From: Eubacteriales bacterium
GTDB taxonomy: Bacteria; Bacillota; Clostridia; Oscillospirales; CAG-272
DNA: 64,000 bases
Reading direction: 5' to 3'
Assembly: GCA_045644045.1 (NCBI GenBank)
Contig: JAZRGD010000117.1
Location: 3,586 to 67,585 of the forward strand
Both the position numbers and the translations under genes were made by a program. Positions 36,250-46,760 of the stretch are shown piece by piece. The number at the start of each line of letters is the position of its first letter. Within the stretch, counting starts at the first letter, position 1. The notes below the pieces were generated by a model. The model saw only the letters and a list, made by a program, of their open reading frames with translations, ran no database searches and was not told the origin of the DNA.

Positions 36250-37659
36250 ATGGAGACCAATCCACTTTATTGGATCTGGCTGGGGATATCTCTCGGCTAC
36301 GCTTCTCGCTCTGTAAAGCCTTTGATAGAGGCCTTTGGGGATGCCCAAACCGTTTACGCGGCGGGCGAAGAGGAGCTGCTTGAGGTCAAGGACGTCAACC
36401 CCACCGACGTCAAAGGACTGATGAATAAGGATCTGTCCTTGGCCGAGGAGGTCGCAAGCTACTGTATGAATACGGGAGTGGGTGTTCTGCCTTACTGTGA
36501 TGAGCGGTATCCTAAAAAGCTTCGTGCGATCATGGCCGCGCCTGCGGTGCTGTATTACCGTGGGCAGATTCCCGATTTTGATCATTATCCGGCAATCGGT
36601 ATGGTTGGAACGCGTGCAATGACGCACTACGGTGCTAACGTCACTTTTGAGATCGCACACGACGTGGCCGCGATGGGGTGCATCACCGTCAGCGGTATGG
36701 CACTCGGTATCGACGGCGTTTGTAATGCCGCCTCCATCGCAAGTGGCGGTACTACGGTGGCCGTATTGGGCTCCGGAATCGACCGTATATACCCTTCAGA
36801 GCATAAACGGTTATACGAATCCATCGTAAATAGCGGAGGACTCATTCTTACTGAATTCCCGCCTTACGAGAAGCCGGAGAAGTTTCATTTCCCCGTGCGC
36901 AACCGTATCATTGCCGCTTTGGCCGACTCTTTGGTCGTGGTAGAAGGAAACGGACGTAGCGGCGCTTTGATCACAGCCAGGCTGGCAAAGACCTTTGGCA
37001 AAAAGATTTTTGCCGTTCCGGGCAACGTATTTGAGAGCAATAGCGAAGGGCCTCTTCTTTTGTTACGAGAGGGGGCGCACGCTCTCGCCAATGCCGACGC
37101 GATATACGAAGAGTACAAGGAATCTCACTACGGATATATCAACGGCTTTAAGCTGAACGAAGAAAGAAAAATGACCTTAGGACTGTTGATGGAGGAGTAC
37201 GATCTTCATTGTGAGACTCCGAAATCCAATCCGGATTTTGATATTCAGCAAGCATCTTCCGTTGAAAAACGACGGAAAACCTTCGGCAGACGATCTAAAG
37301 AGGAAAAAACGGCCGAAGCAAAGAAAATAATCAGAGGCTTTTTTGAGAGGCGGGGCGAAAGAAGCGAGATCATGCGCGTCGCGCAGGGCGATTCCAGCTT
37401 TTACACGGACGGCGCGTTTTGCGATAGGAACGAATTGGACTTGGAGAAGGCAATTGCCACGCGAAACCGGTATATGCTGACACAGCTCGAGGGCAACGAA
37501 AGAAAGGTTTTCGAGCGTTTGATGAACGGTCCCAAAACAGTAGACGAGCTCGTAGACGAGGATTTGAGCTACAACGAAGCGAGCGCGGCGTTATTCGCAA
37601 TGGAAATGGAAAAGTATGTTGAATGTCGTCCGGGTGGCGCATTTTGCATCAAGCAGTAA
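36250..37659 (+). CDS. dprA: DNA-processing protein DprA (long form with C-terminal winged-helix-like domain)
   Basis: GMVGTRAMTHYG, SGMALGIDG and VVVEGNGRSGALITA Rossmann-core motifs. ATG at 36250 lies 9 nt after GGAGG. Followed by topA as in Bacillus. Confidence 0.85.
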   Translation: METNPLYWIWLGISLGYASRSVKPLIEAFGDAQTVYAAGEEELLEVKDVNPTDVKGLMNKDLSLAEEVASYCMNTGVGVLPYCDERYPKKLRAIMAAPAVLYYRGQIPDFDHYPAIGMVGTRAMTHYGANVTFEIAHDVAAMGCITVSGMALGIDGVCNAASIASGGTTVAVLGSGIDRIYPSEHKRLYESIVNSGGLILTEFPPYEKPEKFHFPVRNRIIAALADSLVVVEGNGRSGALITARLAKTFGKKIFAVPGNVFESNSEGPLLLLREGAHALANADAIYEEYKESHYGYINGFKLNEERKMTLGLLMEEYDLHCETPKSNPDFDIQQASSVEKRRKTFGRRSKEEKTAEAKKIIRGFFERRGERSEIMRVAQGDSSFYTDGAFCDRNELDLEKAIATRNRYMLTQLEGNERKVFERLMNGPKTVDELVDEDLSYNEASAALFAMEMEKYVECRPGGAFCIKQ

Positions 37660-37694
37660 TTTTTCACCATCCGAACGAGAAAGGAAAGGTAATA

Positions 37695-40010
37695 ATGGCA
37701 ACTACCGTAAAAAATGAAGCGAAGACCACGAGAAAAAAGGGGACGCTGGTAATCGTTGAGTCCCCCTCTAAGGCAACGACTATAAAAGGCTACCTCGGCT
37801 CCGGCTACAAGGTTTTGGCCTCTGTAGGACATATTCGCGATTTGCCCAAAAGCACGCTGGGTGTGGACATTGAAAACGGCTTCGTGCCTCATTATATAAA
37901 CATTCGCGGCAAGGGGGACTTGATCAAGTCGTTGAAGAAGGAAGCAAAGGGCGTGGCACGCGTTCTCCTTGCAACGGACCCTGACCGCGAGGGTGAAGCG
38001 ATTTCTTGGCACATTGCTTCCGAGCTTGGAATTGATATTCACTCTCCTTGTCGCGTGACCTTCAATGAGATCACAAAGGCCGCCGTCAAGGAAGCCATCA
38101 AGGAGCCTCGCGCCATCGATGAAAACCTGGTGGATGCACAGCAAGCAAGACGTATTTTGGATAGGATCGTAGGATATAAGCTCAGCCCTCTTCTGTGGAA
38201 AAAGGTGCGCAGCGGTTTGTCCGCGGGACGTGTTCAATCCGTCGCTACCCGCATCATCACCGAGAGGGAGGAGGAGATTCGTGCCTTCATTCCTCAAGAA
38301 TACTGGACCATTGAGACCGATTTGATCAACGGCGATGGCGAAGTGATCACCGCAAGCTTCTTTGGCGATGAGAACGGCAAGATCCGCCTTTCCTGCGAGG
38401 CAGAGGCGAGCGAAATCAAAAACAAGGTAGAGAAGGGGACCTTCAGCGTTCGTGAGATCAAAAAGACACAGCGCTTCAAGCAGCCCGCCCCTCCTTTTAC
38501 GACCTCCACCCTCCAGCAAGAGGCATATCACAAGCTGAATTTCCGCTCTCAACGCATCATGAAGGTGGCGCAAGAGCTGTACGAGGGTATTAACCTGGGA
38601 GCCGAAAACGGCGGTGTACAAGGTCTTATTACCTACATGAGAACCGACTCCATCCGCGTTTCTGCCGTTGCAGAGGCCGCCGCCGCCGCTTTGATTGGCG
38701 CGACCTATGGGGAAGAGTATCTTCCCAAGACAAAGCGGGTGTTTAAATCGAAGAGCGGTGCTCAGGATGCGCACGAGGCCATCCGTCCCTCCAACGTCAA
38801 TATCCTTCCGGCAGATATTAAAAAATATTTGACACCGGACCAGTTCCGCCTCTATAAGCTGATTTGGGAAAGATTCATTGCCAGCCAAATGTCTGCCGCA
38901 GTTTACGACGCGGTTTCTATTGATTTTTTGAATAACGGGTACGTGTTCAAGACCAACGGTTATCACTTGCGTTTCCGTGGATATACCGCCGTATACGATG
39001 CTACCACGGATAACGGCGCGGATGAAGAGCAAAGCTTTTCTCGTTTGCCTACCGTTCAGCGCGGCGAAGCGTTGCGTATGAATGATCTTCGCGCGGAGCA
39101 ACATTTCACCGAGCCTCCTCAGCGTTACACCGAGGCCTCCTTGATCAAGTTTTTGGAGGAGAACGGCATTGGTCGTCCCAGCACCTATACTACCATCATT
39201 ACGACCATTTTGGCGCGCGGGTACGTGAAACGCGAGGGCAAGGCAATGATGCCTACTCCCCTTGGCGAGGTGACCAACAAGCTAATGGAGGAAAATTTCC
39301 CCGATATCGTGAACTATGAGTTTACCGCCGCAATGGAAACGGATCTTGACAAGATCGAGCACGGAGGCTTGGAAATGAATTCCGTTCTTTCCTCCTTCTA
39401 TAAGGGCTTTGACGCGTCGTTGATCGCGGCGCAGGAGAGAATTTCCAAGGAGGATATTTCCATTCCCGCCGAAAGCTCTTCCCACACTTGTGATATTTGC
39501 GGTCAGCCCATGGTTTACAAGAACGGTCGATTCGGTCGTTTTCTGGCTTGCTCGGCCTATCCCGAATGTAAAAATACCGTTACCATTGACAAAAACGGTG
39601 AGCCTGTCAAGAAGGACGCAAAGAGCCTGGAGATCGCTGACTTCAAGTGCGAGCTTTGCGGCAGTGACGTTGTACTGCGCAACGGAAAGTTCGGTGCCTT
39701 CTATGCCTGCACCCGCTATCCCGCCTGTCGGTATACCAAGCAGAAGAACAGTGCTATTGACGCGCCTTGCCCTGCTTGCGGCTCCAAGGTGCTTGTGCGA
39801 CGTGTGAAGGGCAAAATGCTGTTCTACAGCTGTGAGAAGCACCCCGAGTGCCAATTCTCCTCTTGGGATATGCCCACGACGGAGAAATGCCCTGTGTGCG
39901 ACAGCATTTTACTGTATCGCAGAAACAAAAAAACGCTTGTTTGTTCAAACAAGGAGTGCAAGTACAAGGCCGATGCCGTTCGGAATGAAGAGACGAACGA
40001 TGACAAATAA
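37695..40010 (+). CDS. topA: DNA topoisomerase I
   Basis: LVIVESPSKATTIKGYLG (Toprim), ITYMRTDS (active-site Tyr) and four C-terminal CxxC...CxxC zinc-ribbon repeats. Start at the ATG after AAGGAAAGG. Confidence 0.95.
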   Translation: MATTVKNEAKTTRKKGTLVIVESPSKATTIKGYLGSGYKVLASVGHIRDLPKSTLGVDIENGFVPHYINIRGKGDLIKSLKKEAKGVARVLLATDPDREGEAISWHIASELGIDIHSPCRVTFNEITKAAVKEAIKEPRAIDENLVDAQQARRILDRIVGYKLSPLLWKKVRSGLSAGRVQSVATRIITEREEEIRAFIPQEYWTIETDLINGDGEVITASFFGDENGKIRLSCEAEASEIKNKVEKGTFSVREIKKTQRFKQPAPPFTTSTLQQEAYHKLNFRSQRIMKVAQELYEGINLGAENGGVQGLITYMRTDSIRVSAVAEAAAAALIGATYGEEYLPKTKRVFKSKSGAQDAHEAIRPSNVNILPADIKKYLTPDQFRLYKLIWERFIASQMSAAVYDAVSIDFLNNGYVFKTNGYHLRFRGYTAVYDATTDNGADEEQSFSRLPTVQRGEALRMNDLRAEQHFTEPPQRYTEASLIKFLEENGIGRPSTYTTIITTILARGYVKREGKAMMPTPLGEVTNKLMEENFPDIVNYEFTAAMETDLDKIEHGGLEMNSVLSSFYKGFDASLIAAQERISKEDISIPAESSSHTCDICGQPMVYKNGRFGRFLACSAYPECKNTVTIDKNGEPVKKDAKSLEIADFKCELCGSDVVLRNGKFGAFYACTRYPACRYTKQKNSAIDAPCPACGSKVLVRRVKGKMLFYSCEKHPECQFSSWDMPTTEKCPVCDSILLYRRNKKTLVCSNKECKYKADAVRNEETNDDK

Positions 40011-41340
40011 AACGATTAAAATCATCGGTGCCGGTCTCGCCGGGTGTGAGGCCGCTTACGCGGCAGCCCGTCTCGGTGTGCCCGTTGCCCTGTACGAAAT
40101 GAAGCCAAATCGCTACACCCCTGCGCACAAGTATGCAGGCTTTGCGGAGCTGGTTTGCTCCAATTCCTTACGTTCCGCGCAGGTATTCAATGCCGTCGGG
40201 CTTTTGAAGGAGGAGTTAAGTGGACTCGGCTCTCTCATTATGGAGGCTGCCGTGGCTACGGCCGTCCCCGCGGGAAGTGCTTTGGCGGTAGACCGCGTCC
40301 GTTTTTCGGATTACGTCACCGAAAAGATAAAGAATCATCCGCTCATTACGGTTTACGAGGGCGAAGAAGTAACCGAGATCAACGAGGATGAGATCACCAT
40401 TGTCGCCACAGGTCCCTTGACGGACGGTGCTATGGCCGAGGAGATCCATAAGCTGATCGGCAAAAAGGAGCTTTTCTTCTTTGATGCCGCAGCCCCTATT
40501 ATCGATGCTTCTACCGTATCACTTGACAGAGCGTATTTTGCCTCCAGATACGGAAAGGGTGAGGGGGACGATTATTTGAATTGTCCTATGACGCGCGAGG
40601 AATATGACCGCTTTTATTCTGCTTTAATCGAGGCGGAGGAGGCACCGTTACATTCCTTTGATCTACCGGAAGGCGAAAAACTGAAGGTGTTTGAAGGGTG
40701 TATGCCCGTGGAGGTCATGGCAAAGCGTGGCTATGACACCTTGCTGTTTGGTCCTTTGAAGCCGGTTGGCTTGCCTGACCCCAAAACAGGCGAAGAGCCA
40801 TTTGCCGTCGTTCAGCTTCGAAAAGAAAACCGAGAGGGAAGCATGTACAACCTCGTGGGCTTTCAAACCCATTTGACCTTCCCTGAGCAAAGACGTGTAT
40901 TTCGCATGATCCCCGGTCTTGAAGAGGCGGAATTCCTCCGTTACGGCGTTATGCACAGAAATACGTATTTGGATTCCCCAGGCTTGCTTGACGCCGGATA
41001 TGGCCTAAAAGAAAAGGCTAACGTGTTTTTTGCCGGACAGATGACAGGCGTAGAAGGCTATGTGGAATCTACCGGATCGGGGCTTGTGGCAGGTGTGTGC
41101 GCCGCTCTGTATGCTAAGGAAGGGAAGAGATATACCTTTCCGCGAGAGACGGTGCTGGGGGCTATGGCGTGCTATGTTTCCGAAGGATCCGCCACTGCGT
41201 TTCAACCCATGAACGCAAATTTTGGCATACTTCCTCCTCTCGATAAAAAAGTAAAGGGAGGAAAACGTGCCAGAAACGACGCCTATGTTATACGATCACT
41301 TGATTTGATCAAGACTGTGCGAGGAGAGCTTTTCGACTAA
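40000..41340 (+). CDS. trmFO: methylenetetrahydrofolate--tRNA-(uracil-5-)-methyltransferase
   Basis: MTNKTIKIIGAGLAGCEAAYAAA FAD-binding N-terminus, FAGQMTGVEGYVES motif, about 446 aa. 11-nt overlap with topA. Bacillus-type dprA-topA-trmFO synteny. Confidence 0.9.
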   Translation: MTNKTIKIIGAGLAGCEAAYAAARLGVPVALYEMKPNRYTPAHKYAGFAELVCSNSLRSAQVFNAVGLLKEELSGLGSLIMEAAVATAVPAGSALAVDRVRFSDYVTEKIKNHPLITVYEGEEVTEINEDEITIVATGPLTDGAMAEEIHKLIGKKELFFFDAAAPIIDASTVSLDRAYFASRYGKGEGDDYLNCPMTREEYDRFYSALIEAEEAPLHSFDLPEGEKLKVFEGCMPVEVMAKRGYDTLLFGPLKPVGLPDPKTGEEPFAVVQLRKENREGSMYNLVGFQTHLTFPEQRRVFRMIPGLEEAEFLRYGVMHRNTYLDSPGLLDAGYGLKEKANVFFAGQMTGVEGYVESTGSGLVAGVCAALYAKEGKRYTFPRETVLGAMACYVSEGSATAFQPMNANFGILPPLDKKVKGGKRARNDAYVIRSLDLIKTVRGELFD

Positions 41341-41364
41341 GAGTATCATTCACGGAGGATGCGA

Positions 41365-42423
41365 ATGAGAATTATCTTGGATGTAATGAGCGGAGACCAT
41401 TCTCCGCACGAAATCTTGAAGGGGGCCGCTCTCGCCAAGCGGGAGTACCGTTCCTTGGAAATCATTGCTGTCGGCGACGAGACTGTGATCGAGGCCGTGA
41501 TGAAGGATGAGGCATTAACCATACCCGACCTCACAGTCGTGCATGCCGAATCGGTCGTAACCATGGAGGATAAATCCATGTGCGTCATTCACGATAAAAA
41601 GAACTCTTCCATGGGCGTAGGTCTTCGGCTTTTGGCGTCCGGTGAGGGAGATGCTTTTGTCAGCGCGGGCAACACGGGTGCTCTTCTTACCGGTGCTTCG
41701 CTGATCGTGAAAAGAATGCGAGGCGTCTCACGTCCCGGTATTGCCACTATATTACCGCTTAAAACTCCTTTGATGGTACTGGATTCGGGAGCAAATCTGA
41801 TTGTAACGGATGTGGATATCGAGTTGTTTGCCATTATGGGTTCGGTGTATATGAAGAAAATATACAGCATCCCTTCACCGCGAGTAGGACTTGCCAACAA
41901 CGGAACGGAGTCCACCAAGGGGCTGGAGCTGCAGCTCAATTCGTACAAGCGTCTTTCTGCAAATAAGAGTATTCATTTTATTGGCAACGTGGAGGGAAAG
42001 GAGATCCCGTTTTCTCCATGCGAGGTGCTTGTTACCGATGGCTTCACGGGCAATATGATACTGAAGCTGACCGAGGGAATGGCTCGCTTCATGCTTCGCA
42101 CGATGAGGGATGTTTTTCACGCTAATCTCTCAACCAAGCTGTGTGGCGCGGTTTTGCGCCCTCACGTCGTAAGGATGAAAAAACGATTTGATCCGACCGA
42201 GCACGGTGGTGCTCCCATTTTGGGCGTTCGCAAGCCTGTTATTAAGGCGCACGGTAGCTCTGACGCCAACGCGATCAAAAACGCAATTCGTCAGGCAATG
42301 AGCTTTGCGAAGGATGGCATTGGTGAGGAAATAGAAAAAATTGCATTAGAATTTGATCAAAAAAAGCGGGCAGAATGCGAAAAGGCGCGTGAAGAGCGCC
42401 TGGTTGCTGCGCAGAAAGAGTAA
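41365..42423 (+). CDS. plsX: phosphate acyltransferase PlsX
   Basis: MRIILDVMSGDHSP N-terminus and the GFTGN motif. ATG at 41365 lies 6 nt after GGAGG; the ATG at 41359 abuts the RBS. Confidence 0.9.
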   Translation: MRIILDVMSGDHSPHEILKGAALAKREYRSLEIIAVGDETVIEAVMKDEALTIPDLTVVHAESVVTMEDKSMCVIHDKKNSSMGVGLRLLASGEGDAFVSAGNTGALLTGASLIVKRMRGVSRPGIATILPLKTPLMVLDSGANLIVTDVDIELFAIMGSVYMKKIYSIPSPRVGLANNGTESTKGLELQLNSYKRLSANKSIHFIGNVEGKEIPFSPCEVLVTDGFTGNMILKLTEGMARFMLRTMRDVFHANLSTKLCGAVLRPHVVRMKKRFDPTEHGGAPILGVRKPVIKAHGSSDANAIKNAIRQAMSFAKDGIGEEIEKIALEFDQKKRAECEKAREERLVAAQKE

Positions 42424-42426
42424 CGT

Positions 42427-43137
42427 ATGGCCATAGGAAAAAGCATAGACGAGCTTACGCGATACACCGGTTATCGCTTCAAGTCGCCTTTGTTATTACA
42501 AGAGGCTTTGACCCACTCCTCCTTTACGAACGAATGCCGTAAGGAAGCGACGATTCCATGCAACGAGCGTATGGAGTTTTTAGGGGATGCCGTTTTACAG
42601 ATCATTGTCAGTGCGCATCTTTATACGGCGTTTGCTGACAGTGCCGAGGGATACCTCACCAAGCAGAGACAGAATCTCGTTTGCGAGCATACATTGGCTG
42701 AGCTTGCAAGGAAGATCCATCTCGGTGATTTTTTGGTTCTCGGCAAGGGCGAAGAGCAGAATGGCGGAAGAGAGCACGACTCTATTCTGGCAGATGCCTT
42801 TGAGGCGGTGCTGGCGGCCATCTACCTCGACTCGGATCACGATATGGAGTTTTTGAAGCTGTTCGTGGTCTCTCTTTTGCGTGACGAGCTGGAAAAATGC
42901 GGCAAGGCCGGTCTTGGAGACTACAAAACACGCCTGCAACAGCTGATACAGCAGGCGGGCCACGATAAGCTCCACTACCAGGTCGTAAAAGAAACCGGCC
43001 CCGATCATAAAAAGCAGTTTGAGGTGCGTGCCATGCTCAACAGCAACGTGATCGGTGAAGGAATGGGCTTTTCTAAAAAGGAAGCAGAGCAGGCGGCCGC
43101 CAAGGCTGCGCTCCTTCTGTTCGGTGAAAAAGACTAA
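42427..43137 (+). CDS. rnc: ribonuclease III
   Basis: 236 aa. NERMEFLGDAVLQ signature plus a C-terminal dsRBD (GFSKKEAEQAAA). Confidence 0.95.
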   Translation: MAIGKSIDELTRYTGYRFKSPLLLQEALTHSSFTNECRKEATIPCNERMEFLGDAVLQIIVSAHLYTAFADSAEGYLTKQRQNLVCEHTLAELARKIHLGDFLVLGKGEEQNGGREHDSILADAFEAVLAAIYLDSDHDMEFLKLFVVSLLRDELEKCGKAGLGDYKTRLQQLIQQAGHDKLHYQVVKETGPDHKKQFEVRAMLNSNVIGEGMGFSKKEAEQAAAKAALLLFGEKD

Positions 43138-43154
43138 GATAAGGCAGGCACATT

Positions 43155-46100
43155 ATGTATTTAAAATCTCTTGAGCTTCACGGCTTCAAATCCTTTCCCA
43201 ATAAAACCCTTCTGCAGTTTGAGCGAGGAACGACTGTTGTCGTAGGACCAAACGGAAGCGGAAAATCGAATATTTCCGACGCGATGCGCTGGGTACTTGG
43301 CGAAATTTCGAGCCGAAATATCCGCGGCACCAAGATGGAGGACGTCATCTTCGGCGGAACCGATCTGCGCAGACCTATGAGCTTCGCAGAGGTTTCCGTT
43401 ACCTTTGACAACTCCGACGAGGAGCATCGCATCGACTCTCCCTACGACGAGATCACTGTCACCAGACGGTATTATCGCTCCGGTGAGAGTGAGTATATGA
43501 TCAATCGCAAAAACTGCCGTTTGCGCGATATTCACGAGCTGTTCCTGAATACCGGTGTAGGCCGTGAGGGATATTCCATTATCGGTCAGGGTAAGATCGC
43601 CGAGATCCTTTCAAAAAAGAGCGAGGACAGACGTAATATTTTCGAGGAGGCCGCCGGCATTTCCAAGTTCCGTCAGCGCAAGGAAGAAACCGAAAAGAAG
43701 CTACGCGGAACAGAGCAAAATATGGACAGCTTGACGCTCATTTTCAATGAGTTAGATGCCCGTATCGGTCCCTTGGCGCGAGATGCGGAAAAGGCCAAAA
43801 AATACCGTGACCTTCTTGAAAACAAGAAACGAGCGGACGTTTCTCTTTGGCTTTTCGACACAGAAAAGATCAAAACGGATCTGCAAGCCGCAGAACGTGC
43901 ATTTCGCCTTGCCCTTGCTGAGCACGAGCGCGTAAAAGAGACCATTGACACTCTTGAAAAGCAAAGCGATCACATCCACGATCAGCTGACCGGGCGCAGG
44001 CTTGCCTCGGAACAGCTGTTGATGGATATCAATACCGCCACCAAGCGTATCAATATGCTGGAAAACGCCTATCAGCTTGCCATCGGTAACATCCAACACC
44101 AGACTGAAATGATAGAGCAAAGCCGCAAGCACTTGGCCTCCTTGGATGATGATGATGACCGTGTATCCGTCCATCAAGCCGAAAATGAAGCAAAGAAAAA
44201 AGAGTTTCTTGCCCAGATCAAGTCCGCCGAGGACGGAAGGCTTGAAATGATCGTTGCCGCCGAGGCGGTGCTTGCCGAAGCAAAAAAACTGGAAGAGGAG
44301 CTTGCGGAAAAGCTTTCTCTCATTGAATCGCTCAATAAAGAGAGCATGGATCTTCGCGTGCGGTTGGACGTCAGCGAGAAGGCAAAGGCAGACGGCGCGG
44401 ATCAAGGCGCAAACATTTTATCCGAAATCGATAAATATCGCGCGGCAGAAGCGGCATTAAAACAAGAGGTTGCCAGGTGTGAAAAGAACACGGCCTCCTA
44501 TAAAGAAAAGATTGGCGCCGCTGAGGCGATCATTGCCGAGAACGGAGCCGCAATAGCGAATTTCGCATTGGAGAAGGACGAGAAAAACCAAAAGCTGGTG
44601 GACGAAAACGGAAGGCTCAGCGGTCTTGCCCAGCGTATTGATTCCTTGCGTCGCATGGAGGAGCATTTTGAGGGGTATCAGCAGAGCGTTCGCTTTGTGA
44701 TGCAGGAATACGCAAATGCGCCCTCCCGCTTCAAGGGTAAGATCTACGGCCCTGTTTCCAAGCTGATCACCACCGAAAAGGAATACGTTACCGCTATTGA
44801 GACAGCCTTGGGACAAAATCTTCAAAACATCGTAGTGGAGACCGAGGAGACCGCAAAATCCTGTATCAATCTTTTAAAGCAATCGGGTGCCGGACGCGCC
44901 ACCTTCTATCCCATCAGCGCCATTCGTGCCACGACGGAAACCGATGAGATCAAACGCGCTACCGCCTTAAGAGGCTACGTGGGACGTGCGGACAAGCTTG
45001 TTTCCTATGATCCTCTTTACCGCGAGATCATGGAATGGCTTTTGCTTCGCACGCTGGTATTTGAGGATATTGACACGGCCACAGAAGCGGCAAAAAAACT
45101 GCAATACCGTGTACGTATCGTGACTCTTGACGGACAGCAGATCAATGCGGGCGGCTCTTTCACAGGAGGATCTGTGCGGCGTGACAGCGGCATTTTGTCT
45201 CGTTCGGGCGAGATCGAGAAGCTGATTCAAGCGCAAAATGATCTTTTAAAACAGACAGAAAAAACAAAGCAGGAGCTTTCTTCGATTGAAAAATCAATTG
45301 AGGATGCCAAGCTTAAGCTGGCGGATGCAGAACAGACCCGCGATCTTCTCTATACGATGTCTCGCGCGCAGTTTGCCGAGTTAGACCAAGCCAGCGCAAG
45401 GCTTGCCGCAAATGAAGAGCTGATCGGAAAGCTGACGGCCGACTATAACAGGCTGGCCGGTGAAGGCGGACGGTATGCCACCGACATCGTCACGGCCAAG
45501 GAAGAGCTGGAGAAGGTAGAAGCGAAGATCGCCGCCTTGCGCGGCGACCGTTCCGCCACCGAGGTGAAAAGACAAGGGCTGTTGGACGATTACGAGCAAA
45601 AAAACAAGGAGATCGCCGACGCGGCCTTCCGAGTGGCAATGCTCAAAAAGGACATTGAAGCAATCGACGCCCAGACGGCGTCCGATCTTGAATCCTTGCG
45701 GGCCCACAGGAACGACCGTTCCGCCACCGAGGAAAATATTCGCGGCTATTCCTTGCGTATTGAGGCTCTTGAACGGGAAAAGGAAGAAAACCGTGCCGAG
45801 TGCGCTACCCAAAAGGAGGCACTTCACGCTCTTGAAGAGCAAAGAGTCAATACCGAAGAAGAGGGAAGCGACCTTGACCGTATGGAGAAGGAGCTTCGTG
45901 AAAAGATCCGCGCCGCTCAGGACGAGCGCGAGCATATCTTTGCAGAATATACGCGCTCTGAAAATAAGCTGAACAAGCTGAGGGAAGACAACGAGCGTCT
46001 TGAAAACAAGCTTTGGGACGAGTATCAGATCTCTTACGAGGAAGCCGTTGCTTTGGATTATCCTGCGGTTACTGCCGCAAACAGAAGCGAAATGGCATCC

Positions 46101-46760
46101 TTACAAAGCTCTTGCAAGGCCAAGATCAGAGAGCTTGGAAACGTCAATCCCGGTGCCATTGAGGAATACGATCAGGTAAAGGGAAGACATGAGGAGCTGA
46201 AGGTGCAGCTTGAGGACCTGAATGCATCCCGTGATGAGCTGTTAGATATTCTCTCGCGAGTAGAGAAGGAAATGCGCGACAGCTTCAGCAAGACCTTTGA
46301 CGAGATCAACAACAATTTCCGCGCCGTTTTTGCCGAATTGTTCGGCGGCGGCGAGGCGGAGCTGTCGTTGACCGATCCCGAAGACGTTTTGGTCAGTGGC
46401 ATCGAGATCAAGGCGGCCCCTCCCGGTAAGATCATCAAAAGCCTGTCTCTCCTCTCCGGCGGTGAGCAGACCTTCGTTGCCATTGCGCTGATCTTTGCCA
46501 TTTTGAAGGCAAACCCCACCCCCTTCTGTATCTTTGACGAAATCGAGGCTGCACTTGACGAGGTCAACGTGGACCGTTTCGGTCAATATGTTCTCGAGTA
46601 TTCTAAGCAAACCCAGTTCGTTCTCATTACCCACCGTCGCGGTACGATGGAGATCGGTGACCGTCTGTACGGTATTACCATGCCCGAGCGCGGCATTTCC
46701 CGTGCTGTTCCGTTGGATATATCCGAGATCGAAAGCAAGCAAAAGGAGCTGCTCACATGA
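43155..46760 (+). CDS. smc: chromosome segregation protein SMC
   Basis: 1201 aa. VVGPNGSGKSNI Walker A, long coiled coils, hinge, LSGGEQT signature and CIFDEIEAALD Walker B. Confidence 0.95.
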   Translation: MYLKSLELHGFKSFPNKTLLQFERGTTVVVGPNGSGKSNISDAMRWVLGEISSRNIRGTKMEDVIFGGTDLRRPMSFAEVSVTFDNSDEEHRIDSPYDEITVTRRYYRSGESEYMINRKNCRLRDIHELFLNTGVGREGYSIIGQGKIAEILSKKSEDRRNIFEEAAGISKFRQRKEETEKKLRGTEQNMDSLTLIFNELDARIGPLARDAEKAKKYRDLLENKKRADVSLWLFDTEKIKTDLQAAERAFRLALAEHERVKETIDTLEKQSDHIHDQLTGRRLASEQLLMDINTATKRINMLENAYQLAIGNIQHQTEMIEQSRKHLASLDDDDDRVSVHQAENEAKKKEFLAQIKSAEDGRLEMIVAAEAVLAEAKKLEEELAEKLSLIESLNKESMDLRVRLDVSEKAKADGADQGANILSEIDKYRAAEAALKQEVARCEKNTASYKEKIGAAEAIIAENGAAIANFALEKDEKNQKLVDENGRLSGLAQRIDSLRRMEEHFEGYQQSVRFVMQEYANAPSRFKGKIYGPVSKLITTEKEYVTAIETALGQNLQNIVVETEETAKSCINLLKQSGAGRATFYPISAIRATTETDEIKRATALRGYVGRADKLVSYDPLYREIMEWLLLRTLVFEDIDTATEAAKKLQYRVRIVTLDGQQINAGGSFTGGSVRRDSGILSRSGEIEKLIQAQNDLLKQTEKTKQELSSIEKSIEDAKLKLADAEQTRDLLYTMSRAQFAELDQASARLAANEELIGKLTADYNRLAGEGGRYATDIVTAKEELEKVEAKIAALRGDRSATEVKRQGLLDDYEQKNKEIADAAFRVAMLKKDIEAIDAQTASDLESLRAHRNDRSATEENIRGYSLRIEALEREKEENRAECATQKEALHALEEQRVNTEEEGSDLDRMEKELREKIRAAQDEREHIFAEYTRSENKLNKLREDNERLENKLWDEYQISYEEAVALDYPAVTAANRSEMASLQSSCKAKIRELGNVNPGAIEEYDQVKGRHEELKVQLEDLNASRDELLDILSRVEKEMRDSFSKTFDEINNNFRAVFAELFGGGEAELSLTDPEDVLVSGIEIKAAPPGKIIKSLSLLSGGEQTFVAIALIFAILKANPTPFCIFDEIEAALDEVNVDRFGQYVLEYSKQTQFVLITHRRGTMEIGDRLYGITMPERGISRAVPLDISEIESKQKELLT

